In this document: one piece after another, positions 8,674 through 19,476 of the stretch
Numbering within the stretch: the stretch's first letter is position 1
Layout of the letters: each line of letters begins with the position of its first letter
Notes under the pieces: model-generated
Databases searched by the model: none
What the model was told of the DNA's origin: nothing
Seen by the model: the letters and a program-made list of their open reading frames with translations, nothing else
Made by a program: the position numbers and the translations under genes
Source of the DNA: an uncultured Desulfobacterales bacterium
GTDB taxonomy: Bacteria > Desulfobacterota > Desulfobacteria > Desulfobacterales > C00003060
Direction: 5' to 3'
Length of the DNA: 60,447 nucleotides
Assembly (NCBI GenBank): GCA_964502635.1
Contig: CAZCXI010000001.1
Coordinates: 1-60,447, forward strand

Positions 8674-10364
8674 GCATCCGAAAAATTGGCATCATTGGTC
8701 GCACCTATCGTCATCTGAACCGCTACCGTCAGATCCTTGCGGTCCTATTCAGATACGGCTTTGGGGATCTGGTGGACGTGCTGAGGATCGAGCAGTATCT
8801 TGAAATCGGTCTTCAAATGATCTCCAGAAAAAGGCGGGAACAGGTAGAAAAACTCACGAGATCGGAAAGGGTTCGCATGGCATTGGAAGAACTCGGTCCG
8901 ACCTTTATCAAATTGGGCCAGGTGCTTTCCACGCGTCCTGACCTGGTTGCCCCGGAATTTGTAGAAGAGCTTTCAAAACTCCAGGATCATGTTCCCCCCT
9001 TTGGTTATGACGAGGTGCGGCGGATCGTTGAAGGAGAACTCGCCGGGAGCCTTGAAGACACGTTCCAGTCATTTGAGGAAACCCCTCTCGCCGCAGCGTC
9101 TATCGGCCAGGTTCACAGGGCACGGCTGAAGGATGGCGAGGACGTCATCGTCAAGGTCCAGCGTCCGGGTATCCGCAAGGTCATCGAGGTGGATTTGGAG
9201 ATCATGCTCCATTTGGCCTCGCTCATGGAGCGGCACTTAGAAGAGTTTCAGACAAACCGCCCCGTGAGAATCGTGGAGGAATTTGCTCGAACCCTTGAAA
9301 AAGAGGTAGATTACACCATCGAGGCCTCACACATAGAGCGATTTTCCCGGCAATTTATGGATGATGAGACGGTTTATGTTCCGAAGGTCTTTCGCGAGAC
9401 AACCACAGAGCGCGTTCTGACCATGGAGTATATCGACGGGGTCAAGGCCTCAGATATTGACCGCATAGAGAAAGAAGGGTTGGACAGGAAGATCATCACG
9501 GCCAGGGGAGCCGACTTGATCCTCAAACAGATATTTGATCACGGGTTCTTTCACGCAGATCCCCATCCAGGAAACATCTTTGTCCTGCCGGGTAATGTGA
9601 TCTGCTATCTCGATTTCGGCATGATGGGATCCATCGACCGGCAAACCCGGGAAGATTTTGCTGATCTGGTCCACAGCGTCGTAAAGAAAGACGAAGCGGG
9701 CGCGATGCAGGCCCTCCTGATGCTTACCCGGTATGATGAGGAGCCTGACGGGAGGCTCTTAGCCAGAGAGTTAGCAGATTTCATGGGGCAGCATCTTTAC
9801 AAGCCACTCAAAGACCTGCAAATGGAAAAGCTCCTCCAGCAGCTCGTGGAACTTATTTCTCGCTATCGTCTCCAGATGCCGCCTGATCTTTTCCTCATGT
9901 TGAAGGCATTGGCCACCGTAGAGGGCGTGGGCCTTTCGCTTGATCCGGATTTTCACATGATCAATCAAGCCGCTCCTTTTATTCGGCGCGTCAGGATGGA
10001 GCAGTTTGGTCCCAAACGCATGGCAAACGATATTGTTAAGTCCGGTGCTGAGCTTGTTCGACTTGTCCAGGAAATCCCGGGAGAACTGCGGGGGCTATTG
10101 AGGCAGATGAAACGGGGCAAGGTCAAGATGGAATTTGAGCACCGAGGGCTTGAGCCGATGCTGGCAACCCATGACCAAATCAGCAACCGGATTGCCTTTT
10201 CTATTGTCATCGCTGCCCTGATCGTCGGTTCGGCGCTTATCGTTCTTTCCAAAACCCCCCCGTTCCTGCTCGGCATCCCGGTGATCGGCATCGTTGGTTT
10301 TGTGGTGGCCGGTGTGATGGGGGTCTGGCTCCTAATAGCCATCTTGAGAAAGGGGAGGCTTTAG
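8667..10364 (+). CDS. ubiB: ABC1/UbiB-family atypical kinase
   Basis: AAASIGQVHRARLKDGEDVIVKVQRPGI and HADPHPGNIF motifs, plus two C-terminal transmembrane helices. Confidence 0.85.
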   Translation: MLSIRKIGIIGRTYRHLNRYRQILAVLFRYGFGDLVDVLRIEQYLEIGLQMISRKRREQVEKLTRSERVRMALEELGPTFIKLGQVLSTRPDLVAPEFVEELSKLQDHVPPFGYDEVRRIVEGELAGSLEDTFQSFEETPLAAASIGQVHRARLKDGEDVIVKVQRPGIRKVIEVDLEIMLHLASLMERHLEEFQTNRPVRIVEEFARTLEKEVDYTIEASHIERFSRQFMDDETVYVPKVFRETTTERVLTMEYIDGVKASDIDRIEKEGLDRKIITARGADLILKQIFDHGFFHADPHPGNIFVLPGNVICYLDFGMMGSIDRQTREDFADLVHSVVKKDEAGAMQALLMLTRYDEEPDGRLLARELADFMGQHLYKPLKDLQMEKLLQQLVELISRYRLQMPPDLFLMLKALATVEGVGLSLDPDFHMINQAAPFIRRVRMEQFGPKRMANDIVKSGAELVRLVQEIPGELRGLLRQMKRGKVKMEFEHRGLEPMLATHDQISNRIAFSIVIAALIVGSALIVLSKTPPFLLGIPVIGIVGFVVAGVMGVWLLIAILRKGRL

Positions 10365-10375
10365 CGAGTAGACGG

Positions 10376-10409
10376 AGTGAGTAAAATCGACTTTTTACGA
10401 AACCATCAA
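10376..10409. repeat. Solo terminal segment of the R1 repeat family
   Basis: agtgagtaaaatcgactttttacgaaaccatcaa is the reverse complement (1 mismatch) of 23180-23211. It contains the imperfect palindrome gtaaaa-tcgac-tttttac and sits directly after the ubiB stop. Confidence 0.6.
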
Positions 10410-10502
10410 GCTTTGTTTTTGGGATAAGTTACCTTTACGCAATATATGGGACCGTGCATGTTCGGAGGGCATCTTCATGATTCGCAGGTTGGGCTGATGA
10501 TG

Positions 10503-12968
10503 TTATGATGCTTCCTTGGCAAAAACCCACTTCTCAAGCATCTCAAATACAAGCTCCCTTTTGACCGGCTTTGGAATATAATCGTCCATACCTGCTTCAA
10601 GACACTTTTCCCTATCACCTTTCATGGCATGGGCGGTCATGGCAACGATTGGAACGGTTTCAAATCCTTTGTCCCTGATAGCTCTTGTTGCTTTCATGCC
10701 GTCCATGTGCGGCATTTGAACATCCATAAAGATCAGGTCAAACGCTTCAGGAGCCTTCGTGTATTTCTCGATGGCCTCCAGTCCATCATTGGCCACCTCT
10801 ACTTGATAGCCGGCCTTGGTCAACACCATCTTGGCCAGCTTCTGATTCACAGGGTTGTCTTCTGCCAAAAGAATGCGTGCGGAATGCTTGGCCTCTTCCC
10901 TCATAGAATGTTGAGTAACAATGGACACCGGTCTCTTTTCCTTGTCGTCATGCTTCTTTTCCCCCAGCAGCCTCTCCATCATGTCCAAGAGCTTTCGTCG
11001 ATGGACGGGCTTGGGCAAAAAGCCGTCAAAACCAGCCTCAAGACACTTTTTTGCATCACCCTCGGTAGATGATGAATAAGCCAGCAAAGGGATATAAGGA
11101 ATCTCTGACCGGGGATTGCGAATTTGCCGCGCCACGTCATAGCCGCCCATTTCAGGCATTTGAATGTCCAAAATGCAGACATCAAAGGGATCACCCCCCT
11201 CAAAGGCACCTTTCACAGTGGGTACGACTTCCTCCGCCCTTGTGAGCCCTTCTGTGTGCATGCCTGCTGATTTCATGATGTGTGTCAAAACAGTCAGGTT
11301 GTTCTTGTTATCATCAACAATGAGCACTTTCTTCCCGGCAAGTGAAACCGGGGCAAATCTCTTTACCTGTTTGCCTTCAGCCTTTTGCAGCCAGGCCGTA
11401 AAGCAAAATGTGCTTCCCTTGCCCGGCTCACTTTCTGCCCAGACATCACCGCTCATGATCTGGGCGATTCTCTTGCAAATGGGAAGTCCCAGACCGGTGC
11501 CGCCGTACTTCCTGGTGGTAGAAGTGTCGGCTTGTTGAAAGACCTCAAAGATGATGTTTACCTTATCTTTTGGGATGCCAATTCCAGTATCTCTAACGCT
11601 GACATGAAGTTTCACCCGTCCGTCGTGTTCCTCTGCCATGTCAACATAAAGCTCTATCTCACCGGCTTCGGTAAACTTGGCGGCATTGCCCATAAGGTTC
11701 AACAGCACCTGGCGAAACCGAGCCGGGTCTCCTCTAACATAAGCCGGAACTTCGTCGCCGATGCGGCACAGTATCTCAATGGGCTTGTCTTGCAGCCTTG
11801 GGCGAATCAGCTCGCAGACATCATGGGCTGTCACTTCCGGATCAAAGTCAACGGTTTCAACCTCCAACTGACCTGCTTCGATTTTGGAAAAATCAAGGAT
11901 ATCGTTTATCAAGGACAATAACCCATCACCGCTTCGTTTTATGGTCTCGGCATACTCCGTCTGCTCATCGTCCAACTTGGTATCCAGCAGCATCTCCGTA
12001 AAACCGAGCACTCCGTTCATGGGGGTGCGGATCTCGTGGCTCATGTTTGCAAGAAATTGGCTTTTTGCGGCGTTGGCCATCTCAGCTTGCATCGCCATGT
12101 TTTTGGCGTTAGCAACCGCCCGTTCAAGCTGGTTGTTTGCTTGGATCAACTCCCGGTTTGCAGCTTCAAGATCAGCCTTGGCCTTTTTCAGTGCCTCCGC
12201 AGCCGATTTTTGTTCGGTAATGTCGGCAGCGACTCCTTCGATGTAGCCTCTTTCTGGATAAATGCGCGCAGAGTAACGCACCCATATTGTTGAACCATCG
12301 TTACACGATAAACGGGCCTCGAAATTAGTGACCTCGCCGGTCTCCTGCATCTCAGCCAACATTCGCTCGCGGGTGCCTGGATCAAGATAGTGATCTTCGG
12401 TAACAAACTTGGCGATGCATTCTTCGCAATCTTTGTAAGCAAACATCTCGGCGAGTCGTCCATTGCACTCCAAAATTTTCCCATCACTGAGCCTCGTGCG
12501 AAACAATGCCACTTGGGCATTATTATAGATGCTTCGATATTTGTCCTCGGTCTCCTGCAGCGCCTGTTCCGCCCGTTTCCGTTCGATCGCATATCTTATG
12601 GCACGGGTTAGCAAGTTGCTATCTATCTGTCCCTTTACCAGGTAGTCCTGCGCGCCAGCCCGCATTGCCTGTGCTGCCAGAGTCTTGTCGTCAAGACCGG
12701 TCAGCAACACGATCGGCACGTCGCCCACCTGATCGTAGGTTCTGGCGAACGTGTCAAGCCCCTGACTATCGGGTAGTCCGAGGTCCAATAGAATTACATC
12801 AACGCCACCCTCAGCCAGACGCTTGAATCCAGTCGAAAGCCGATCGATACTCTCCAGAGTGAAGACAGACTCTTCCGTCTCAGCCAAAAATTCACGGATC
12901 AACCGGGCGTCTCCGGGGTTGTCTTCAAATAACAGGACGTTGATGGCTTTTTCACTCATCTTTGTCAA
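10503..12968 (-). CDS. Hybrid sensor histidine kinase (REC-PAS-HisKA-HATPase-REC-REC)
   Basis: N-terminal receiver (LLDLGLPD), a PAS region, H-box [15 protein letters not shown] boxes [17 protein letters not shown] and [11 protein letters not shown], and two C-terminal receivers ([18 protein letters not shown]). Confidence 0.9.
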   Translation of the reverse strand: MTKMSEKAINVLLFEDNPGDARLIREFLAETEESVFTLESIDRLSTGFKRLAEGGVDVILLDLGLPDSQGLDTFARTYDQVGDVPIVLLTGLDDKTLAAQAMRAGAQDYLVKGQIDSNLLTRAIRYAIERKRAEQALQETEDKYRSIYNNAQVALFRTRLSDGKILECNGRLAEMFAYKDCEECIAKFVTEDHYLDPGTRERMLAEMQETGEVTNFEARLSCNDGSTIWVRYSARIYPERGYIEGVAADITEQKSAAEALKKAKADLEAANRELIQANNQLERAVANAKNMAMQAEMANAAKSQFLANMSHEIRTPMNGVLGFTEMLLDTKLDDEQTEYAETIKRSGDGLLSLINDILDFSKIEAGQLEVETVDFDPEVTAHDVCELIRPRLQDKPIEILCRIGDEVPAYVRGDPARFRQVLLNLMGNAAKFTEAGEIELYVDMAEEHDGRVKLHVSVRDTGIGIPKDKVNIIFEVFQQADTSTTRKYGGTGLGLPICKRIAQIMSGDVWAESEPGKGSTFCFTAWLQKAEGKQVKRFAPVSLAGKKVLIVDDNKNNLTVLTHIMKSAGMHTEGLTRAEEVVPTVKGAFEGGDPFDVCILDIQMPEMGGYDVARQIRNPRSEIPYIPLLAYSSSTEGDAKKCLEAGFDGFLPKPVHRRKLLDMMERLLGEKKHDDKEKRPVSIVTQHSMREEAKHSARILLAEDNPVNQKLAKMVLTKAGYQVEVANDGLEAIEKYTKAPEAFDLIFMDVQMPHMDGMKATRAIRDKGFETVPIVAMTAHAMKGDREKCLEAGMDDYIPKPVKRELVFEMLEKWVFAKEAS

Positions 12969-13393
12969 TGTGTCGGTAATATGACGATGCTCAGCCAGAA
13001 GTCTTTGATGGCTTTCACAACCTTAATGAACTGGTCCAGGTCAATCGGTTTTCGGATGTAGCAGTTTGCGTGGAGGTTATAAGTCTTGACAATGTCCTCC
13101 TCAGCACCTGATACGGTCAGGATCACCACTGGAATGCGTCTCAACTCCTCGTTCGCCTTGACATCGGCTAGGACCTCACGACCGTCCTTTTTGGGCAGGT
13201 TCAGGTCGAGCAGGATGACGTCCGGACGAGGTGCATCCGAATACTCCCCCTCCCTGCGGAGGAAGGCCATCGCCTCCACGCCGTCTTGGACCCAGCTCAG
13301 GTTGTTATGCACCTTGGCATCCTTGAGAGCTTCTATCGCAAGGCGCGCATCGCCAGGGTTGTCCTCAACCAATAACATCTCGACAGGCTTCAT
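12965..13393 (-). CDS. Single-domain response regulator (receiver only)
   Basis: 142 aa with [21 protein letters not shown] and a C-terminal KP motif. 4-nt overlap with the downstream hybrid kinase. Confidence 0.9.
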   Translation of the reverse strand: MKPVEMLLVEDNPGDARLAIEALKDAKVHNNLSWVQDGVEAMAFLRREGEYSDAPRPDVILLDLNLPKKDGREVLADVKANEELRRIPVVILTVSGAEEDIVKTYNLHANCYIRKPIDLDQFIKVVKAIKDFWLSIVILPTH

Positions 13394-13441
13394 TTTTTTC
13401 CTCCATGGTTTCTTATCAACATGATGTACACCAAGAATCCG

Positions 13442-14899
13442 CTATCCAGGATTCCCAAGTGATGATTCGCTTACCGGAATGGTAAAATAGAACTTCGAGC
13501 CTTTGCCGGACTCTGAGTCCACCCACATTCGACCGCCGTGGCGCTCAACAATCCTTTTGCAGACAGCGAGGCCGATCCCGGTGCCAGGATACTCGGTGTT
13601 TCCATGCAGGCGTTGAAAGATGGCAAAAATGCGTTCATAGTACTGGGAGTCAATTCCAATACCGTTGTCACTCACAGAGAAAACCCATGTACCGTTTTTT
13701 TGCTCCGACGAGACATGAATGCGTGGACGATCCTTGTTACGGAATTTAATGGCATTGGCCACCAAGTTCTGGATCAACTGGACCATCTGTGTCTTGTCTG
13801 TCATTACGGTCGGGAGGGTGTCGTTCGTGGTAATGGCGCCGCTTTCCTCGGTTGCGGCGCTCAGATTGAGAAGTGCCTCGGAAAGCACTTGGTTACAATC
13901 TGTCGTTTCAAAAGGTTTGCCTTTCGTGCCGACGCGCGAATACGAGAGCAGGTCATTTATAAGCGTGTGCATGCGATTTGCACCGTCAACGGCAAAGCCA
14001 ATAAACTCGTCCGCGTCCTCATCCAGCTTGCTCTTGTAGCGCCGTGCCAGCAGTTGCACGTAGCTGGAAACCATACGCAACGGCTCTTGAAGATCGTGCG
14101 AGGCTACATAGGCAAACTGTTCCAGCTCAGCATTGGAACGCGCCAATTCCCCCAGGGTTTCCTTCAATTCTTTCTCCGCCCGCTGGCGTTCGGTGATCTC
14201 TCTAGACACACTATCAATCATATGGTTGGTCACATTCTTCAGGGATTCCAATAGTTCCACTTCTGAAACCCCAGATATACGAGCAGCCAGATCACCTTTG
14301 GAGACCCTGTTCAACGTATCGAAGTGCTGAGCAAGCCCTATGGCAAAATCGTGAGACAGATGAACGATCTCCGCGAGGTTCTCGGCAGTCAGGTTGACCA
14401 TATGTTTCAGTTTGACAATCAACTCGAGTTCAGAGGCTTCGGGTATCCTTACTGAAGGATCTCCTGAAGAAATCCGTTTTAACGCCTCGAAAACCTCGGA
14501 CAAGCCCAGGGCCAACTCCATGCTGGTGTTTTGGGATTCCTCTTCGCTCTCCCGCAGGGCCTCCTGTGTCTTCGCCATCTTCTCACTCAGCATAGCCACT
14601 ACTATGGCGACTACTATGAGCATGAAAGTTCTTGAGTAATCATGTAACGTAGGCACCTGCACTCGCAGAAAAATGTGGCTCAAAATCAAAAGAGCTGCCA
14701 ACAATACGGCTACAAGCAAGCCTTTTTTTTTCCACCAAAGACATGCCAATATGCTTGGAATATAGTAAAAATGCGTAACAACAGCACCAGTTCCGAGTAC
14801 CGCATGAAAATAGTATGTCAAGAAGCAGGCGGTGGGCAGGAGGATGGCAATCAACGATAATTTGAATTTTTCGGATTGCAACCTCAGTACCGTTTTCAT
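13442..14899 (-). CDS. Membrane sensor histidine kinase
   Basis: N-terminal transmembrane segments, H-box SHDLQEPLRMV, NLVANAIKF, DNGIGID and GTGIGLAVCK. GGAGG RBS before ATG 14899, whereas the track start at 14950 lacks one. Confidence 0.85.
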   Translation of the reverse strand: MKTVLRLQSEKFKLSLIAILLPTACFLTYYFHAVLGTGAVVTHFYYIPSILACLWWKKKGLLVAVLLAALLILSHIFLRVQVPTLHDYSRTFMLIVVAIVVAMLSEKMAKTQEALRESEEESQNTSMELALGLSEVFEALKRISSGDPSVRIPEASELELIVKLKHMVNLTAENLAEIVHLSHDFAIGLAQHFDTLNRVSKGDLAARISGVSEVELLESLKNVTNHMIDSVSREITERQRAEKELKETLGELARSNAELEQFAYVASHDLQEPLRMVSSYVQLLARRYKSKLDEDADEFIGFAVDGANRMHTLINDLLSYSRVGTKGKPFETTDCNQVLSEALLNLSAATEESGAITTNDTLPTVMTDKTQMVQLIQNLVANAIKFRNKDRPRIHVSSEQKNGTWVFSVSDNGIGIDSQYYERIFAIFQRLHGNTEYPGTGIGLAVCKRIVERHGGRMWVDSESGKGSKFYFTIPVSESSLGNPG

Positions 14900-15106
14900 G
14901 ATTTTGCCTCCTACTAACTCTGAATCGAATCTTGAATCTCGTTGACCCATAAGCCAATAAAGATTCCTAGCATATACTTCGATCTAATGCGTCGAGCGTC
15001 AGTCCCACATACACTCTTCCCTGCACTTTTTGTCATGGATTCCGGCACGTCTAGAACAGCAATTGAGTTTGTAACGTTGTCACTCTCGGCTGCCTCAAGC
15101 CAGGTG

Positions 15107-15463
15107 TCAAAAAGAGAATGTAACAGTAGCATTTCTAATTTCGTTCAAGAATGTCGTTGCGCCTATTATCTCAACGCTTTCTCTGAGATCCTCTTTCTTT
15201 AGATCCTTTGTCTCCAGCGCCAGTGCGCATAAACATATCTTACCACCCAGGCGCACCACTCCATCGTATAATTCAACTAAATTGGGCATTCCTTTGACCT
15301 TGCTCATCTTCTCCATCTCTCCTTTTACCAGCGCCAGTGAACCACAGGGTGTGAAAAATAAAACCAAATCATCCCCGGACGCAACTGCTGAAGAACCAAT
15401 GATGAAGGCTGGGAATACATTATCTGGACAGGAACCATTCACTGTGATTGCTACTTTAGGCAT
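15107..15463 (-). CDS. DsrE/DsrF-like sulfur-relay family protein
   Basis: 118 aa with a DsrE-fold-like pattern (AFIIGSSAVASGDDLVLFFTPCG, KICLCALA). Neighbour of a TusA-like gene. Confidence 0.6.
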   Translation of the reverse strand: MPKVAITVNGSCPDNVFPAFIIGSSAVASGDDLVLFFTPCGSLALVKGEMEKMSKVKGMPNLVELYDGVVRLGGKICLCALALETKDLKKEDLRESVEIIGATTFLNEIRNATVTFSF

Positions 15464-15621
15464 TATTTAATTTCGCCGATTACAAACACATCACCACAAT
15501 CCGTTTATCTCCCTCGTCTACAATAATCGTGGAAACGAAGATGTCGAGTTATGCCCGTGGTTCGACTTCGGGCAATTCCTAATAGTTGGTTCTGACTCCG
15601 TTCCTGAACGACGGTAATACT

Positions 15622-15846
15622 CTAGAATTGTATCTGGATCCTCTTCTGGTTTGCCCCGTTATCATTTACGGAAAGGAAGACCTTGCCCAGCCGCTCGCAC
15701 CAGGTGCGCACATCTCTCTCGAAGGTGAGGCAGTCTCCCAATACCTCCAAAATGTCACCGTGCTTCATGTCCGGGGCCTTCACGGCGATCTTAAGGACCG
15801 GCTGGGGGCATTTCTGGCCGAGCGTGTCTAATACTTCTAACGTCAT
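15622..15846 (-). CDS. TusA-like sulfurtransferase
   Basis: CPQP active-site motif (LGQKCPQPVLK). GAGGAGAA RBS before ATG 15846. About 80 percent identical by eye to 58042..58266. Confidence 0.8.
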   Translation of the reverse strand: MTLEVLDTLGQKCPQPVLKIAVKAPDMKHGDILEVLGDCLTFERDVRTWCERLGKVFLSVNDNGANQKRIQIQF

Positions 15847-16253
15847 AATGAGTTCTCCTCTCAACCGTTTCAATACCAGAATACTACACCGGTCTTTCCA
15901 CTAGCAGGAATTATGCCTAAATGGTCGCGATGTCATCATTCCAAGTAATATCAAATAATTGAGACTCTTTTATAGCAGCGTCTCGATGTCAAAGTCTGGA
16001 TGAATTTGATCCAAATGCTCCCGTTTTGTCAAAGTATTGACATTTGGTCATGACAGGCTGAGAAGGCCTGAGCAGGTTGTACGTGAGACATGTCTGGGAA
16101 TGAAGGGAGGCATGCTGGTGCAAGGAGCTTATAAGCCGACTTCAAGGAAGGCGTAAAGAAGAGTCCCTACCGGCTCCCATTGGGATAGCGGAGGCACCTG
16201 TGTATGGCGGACGTTATAATTTTGTCACTTTATGTTCCCCTGATTTTTTCCAA

Positions 16254-16904
16254 CTAGATTTCCAGGTCCTTTACTTCATTTTCCCGCCCGAACTTCTGCA
16301 AGCGTTTGCGAAGCCGCTCGATTTCCTGTTGAAGCTGAGGTAACCACTCGTGCTCCATCTTTTTCCGCACCGACTGCCCGGAACGCTGCAATTCTTCTCT
16401 CAGACGCTCCAGTTCTCGTTCGAGCTTTTTGAACTCCTTGCTCTCAGGGACACCTGTGAGTTCCTCGGACAGATGCTCAAAGGCCTTCTTGATGCCCTCA
16501 ACCTGTTCCGCCAAGCTCTGCCCCAACTGACTGAAGGCGGCAGACGGCTTGCCCGAGCCTTCAACTATCGCGCCGTCTTCGAGGGGTACTCCTCCTTTAC
16601 GGGCCTGGATGATTTCAATGGCTTTCTTGCCTTTGTTCTTGGGGTCCTCGGTGATGAAGAACATGGAGTCCTCTGTGGCGGCATTGGCAAAGGCTTTTCT
16701 GATTGCCACATCGACCAGGTAATACCCATCCTCACCATAGAATATGCCGGCTACTTGCCCGATATGATTCTGTTGAAAAATCACCCTGTCAGCCGCTTCG
16801 AGCCCATGGGTCTGATCATACTTGATCCTGAAATTCAGCACTTTTTCTTCGCATCCCCAAAAGACCAAGAGCAACATCAACAGCATCACAATTTTCTTTG
16901 GCAT
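16254..16904 (-). CDS. Lipoprotein with an MlaD/Mce-like domain and a C-terminal coiled coil
   Basis: GGGAGG RBS, signal peptide and lipobox LVFWG-C, then a charged heptad-like tail (ERELERLREELQ). Confidence 0.5.
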   Translation of the reverse strand: MPKKIVMLLMLLLVFWGCEEKVLNFRIKYDQTHGLEAADRVIFQQNHIGQVAGIFYGEDGYYLVDVAIRKAFANAATEDSMFFITEDPKNKGKKAIEIIQARKGGVPLEDGAIVEGSGKPSAAFSQLGQSLAEQVEGIKKAFEHLSEELTGVPESKEFKKLERELERLREELQRSGQSVRKKMEHEWLPQLQQEIERLRKRLQKFGRENEVKDLEI

Positions 16905-17062
16905 GCAGCGCCTCCCAATATATTCAGTGGATCTTTCCGCTCTTGCTAATCTTAAAACCATGGCGAAAGGGACATGCCTCTAACTGGAATGTTCAACCCA
17001 TCTAGCGGGGCCGGGGCCTTGAACGACGATATCACCGCATGGAAGCGAATCGACGCGAGTCA

Positions 17063-17638
17063 TTAGGGAACTATTCTTATGTTATCAATGAGTTTGACGG
17101 TTCCCGAGGTAGTCCGTGCGATCTCCATGACACGCTCCTTCTGCTGTTTTGATGCCACGACTCCTGTCAGTGAGACCACGCCATTATTGACGTCCACGTC
17201 AATATTCAGCGAGCGAATGCGAGGCTCTTTTAACAGCTTGGCTTTGATCTTACTCCCTATGACCTTGTCGTCAATGGCCCGGCCAATGCTCTTTGAGCCG
17301 ACCTGAAGATTGTTCTTGACCCTTTTCACGCCAGGAACTTGTCCGGCGATTTCAACGGCACGTCTTGACGCCTGCTCGCTTCCCACAACACCGGTTAGGA
17401 TAACCTCACCCTGCAGGGTATCCACATCAATCTGGCGGGCTTTGGTGACAGGGTCTTTTACCAGCTCCGCGTTGACCTTGGTCGTGATGGCCGAATCGTC
17501 CCATATCCGGCCGACACTTCGTTCGTCAGTCCCAGCCTTGTACGCACCGGTAGCCCCCGCTCCGATAACGGCAGGCGCACATCCCGCAGCCGTCATAAGG
17601 AGCAGAAAAAATCCGTATAAGGGCAGATATGGCTTCAT
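17063..17638 (-). CDS. BON-domain (OsmY-like) periplasmic lipoprotein
   Basis: Lipobox MTAAG-C and two BON-like repeats (VDTLQGEVILTGVV...VKRVKNNLQV and VDVNNGVVSLTGVV...VKLIDNIRIV). Confidence 0.75.
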   Translation of the reverse strand: MKPYLPLYGFFLLLMTAAGCAPAVIGAGATGAYKAGTDERSVGRIWDDSAITTKVNAELVKDPVTKARQIDVDTLQGEVILTGVVGSEQASRRAVEIAGQVPGVKRVKNNLQVGSKSIGRAIDDKVIGSKIKAKLLKEPRIRSLNIDVDVNNGVVSLTGVVASKQQKERVMEIARTTSGTVKLIDNIRIVP

Positions 17639-18063
17639 GGTTTTCAACCCTCGCTGATCCTTCAATGGGGTCCTGTTCTCCAGGACTTTCTTGCCGCTGT
17701 TCACCAGGGGGACTTAACGGTGATTCACACTTGATACTCAGACGGAACAGCCGCGCAACATCTTCCGATTATCACAATTCAAGCCTTCCGGCAAATTTGT
17801 TTTCCATGCCTTGGCGCGGGTCTCAGCAGGCGAATTCTGCGGATTTCTTTTCAAAGCCATCCCGTCCCCATTCCACCTTTCCCCTGCCTGAGCTTCATAT
17901 CGACAAGATATTGCTTACGGACAGCCCAAGCGAAAGAAATAATCTCTTGATAAAGTCCTTGCACCGGATATAAGGATAATCATTCCTTTTGACGAATGAA
18001 TCTTGTTAGTATAGGGATAGTCCGGAAGCCAGGTAGTTACACAACCGGCAAGGCGCATACGGC

Positions 18064-18213
18064 ATGGCTAATCCACAAATCCGGCTTGAAAAAATGATTG
18101 CAAAGCTGAGGGAACAGGGCCGTCGTGTGACTCCTGAGCGACTGGCGGTACTCAAGATCCTGGCAAAGAGCGAGGCGAATATCCCTCCTGGACAGTCTAT
18201 GTCCAGATCATGA
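18064..18213 (+). pseudogene. Fur/PerR-family regulator, N-terminal fragment only
   Basis: [37 protein letters not shown] matches the Fur-family winged-helix N-terminus. The sequence then diverges and stops after 49 codons, so no metal-binding domain is present. Confidence 0.65.
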
Positions 18214-18813
18214 CGCCTGAACAGGCTCAGACGTATTGCTTCGACCCTTTTGACATCACCAAGGTGTGGTTTCATGGTGATTTTCCGCTGATTCCCGTAG
18301 GAAAGATTGTCCTGAACCGCAACCCGGAGAATTATTTCGCAGAAGTTGAGCAGGCTGCCTTCTCCCCCGCGAACGTTGTTCCTGGTATTGCGGCTTCACC
18401 AGGCAAGATGCTTCAGGCTGTTCAGTTGTCACAACACCCACCGCCATCGCCTCGGACCAAACTGCCACGTGTTGCCTGTGAACCGGGCCAAGGCATGTCC
18501 GACGCACAATTACCAGCGGGACGGATTCATGCGTTTTGACGCCAATGGCAGCCCAAGTCCCAATTACTACCCAAACAGTTTTGGTGGACCGTTAGCCGAT
18601 CCCAAAGCGGGAGAACCGTCTTTTGAAGTTGCCGGCATGGCGTCATGTCAGGCCTATACCCATCCAAACGACGATTTTTTCCAGGCCGGTCAAACTCTCG
18701 CGCAAGTGAACATAAAGAAAGAACAGGCGGTGAGGCTTGTGGATAGGATGAATCACCTGCAGGAGCCATTCGACCGGTGGGGAATTGACCTTTTACGAGT
18801 CTGTGCTTCTTAG
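18210..18813 (+). pseudogene. Catalase, C-terminal ~40 percent only, with an internal frameshift
   Basis: [57 protein letters not shown] in one frame, then [17 protein letters not shown]....[10 protein letters not shown]...PNYYPNSF in another (shift near 18417-18425). About 290 N-terminal codons are absent. Confidence 0.8.
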
Positions 18814-19470
18814 AATAATCAGATTTCTCCTGATGTCCAGGAAGGGCAACCGATATTCTTTCTTTTCCAGGCTGAGGGCCGCGCTCCTGATTCTGGATCC
18901 GGCACGCTCAAGCTCATCGTCCACGTCCAAGCCCTTCATGGCAATCACCATGCCCGGCCTCCCGAGCAATGGAAGGGCCTGATCCAGAAACCTGTGCAGC
19001 TTTGAGACAGCCTTGGACACAATCACGCCGTAGCGGCGTGCCTCCGCTTGGACCTCTGTGGTGAGCGCTTCAGCCCGGACATGACGAGCCTCGATATCTT
19101 GCAACTCCAGAGTCCTGATGAGGTGCTTTAGAAAGTGGGCCTTCTTTCTTGACGCGTCGATCAGATTGAGGTGTAAATCGGGCCGGATGACCTTGAGGGG
19201 GACCCCAGGAAACCCGCCGCCGGACCCGATGTCCAGCACCTTGGAGTGCGGAGGGATCAAAGGGACCAGGGGCAAGGTATCCAGGAAGTGTTTTTCCGCA
19301 AGCTCTTTGAGGTCCGTAATGGCCGTTAGGTTGGCAAAACGGTTCCATTCGAGAAGCTCTTTGGCATGAAGGGCAAACTGAGTGGTGTGAGACGGGTCCA
19401 AATGGGTTTTCATGACCCTGGCACCTTCTTCAACTCGGTCTACGAAGTCAGCCCATTCCGGCAGTGGCAT
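18793..19470 (-). CDS. rsmG: 16S rRNA (guanine527-N7)-methyltransferase
   Basis: SAM motif VLDIGSGGGFPGVPL and the GidB-like overall pattern. Confidence 0.85.
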   Translation of the reverse strand: MPLPEWADFVDRVEEGARVMKTHLDPSHTTQFALHAKELLEWNRFANLTAITDLKELAEKHFLDTLPLVPLIPPHSKVLDIGSGGGFPGVPLKVIRPDLHLNLIDASRKKAHFLKHLIRTLELQDIEARHVRAEALTTEVQAEARRYGVIVSKAVSKLHRFLDQALPLLGRPGMVIAMKGLDVDDELERAGSRIRSAALSLEKKEYRLPFLDIRRNLIILRSTDS

Positions 19471-19476
19471 AGGGAT

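Noticed and set aside
18006-18275. An 89-aa minus-strand ORF.
   Set aside because: It is antisense to the PerR fragment and catalase junction, whose plus-strand similarity explains the region.
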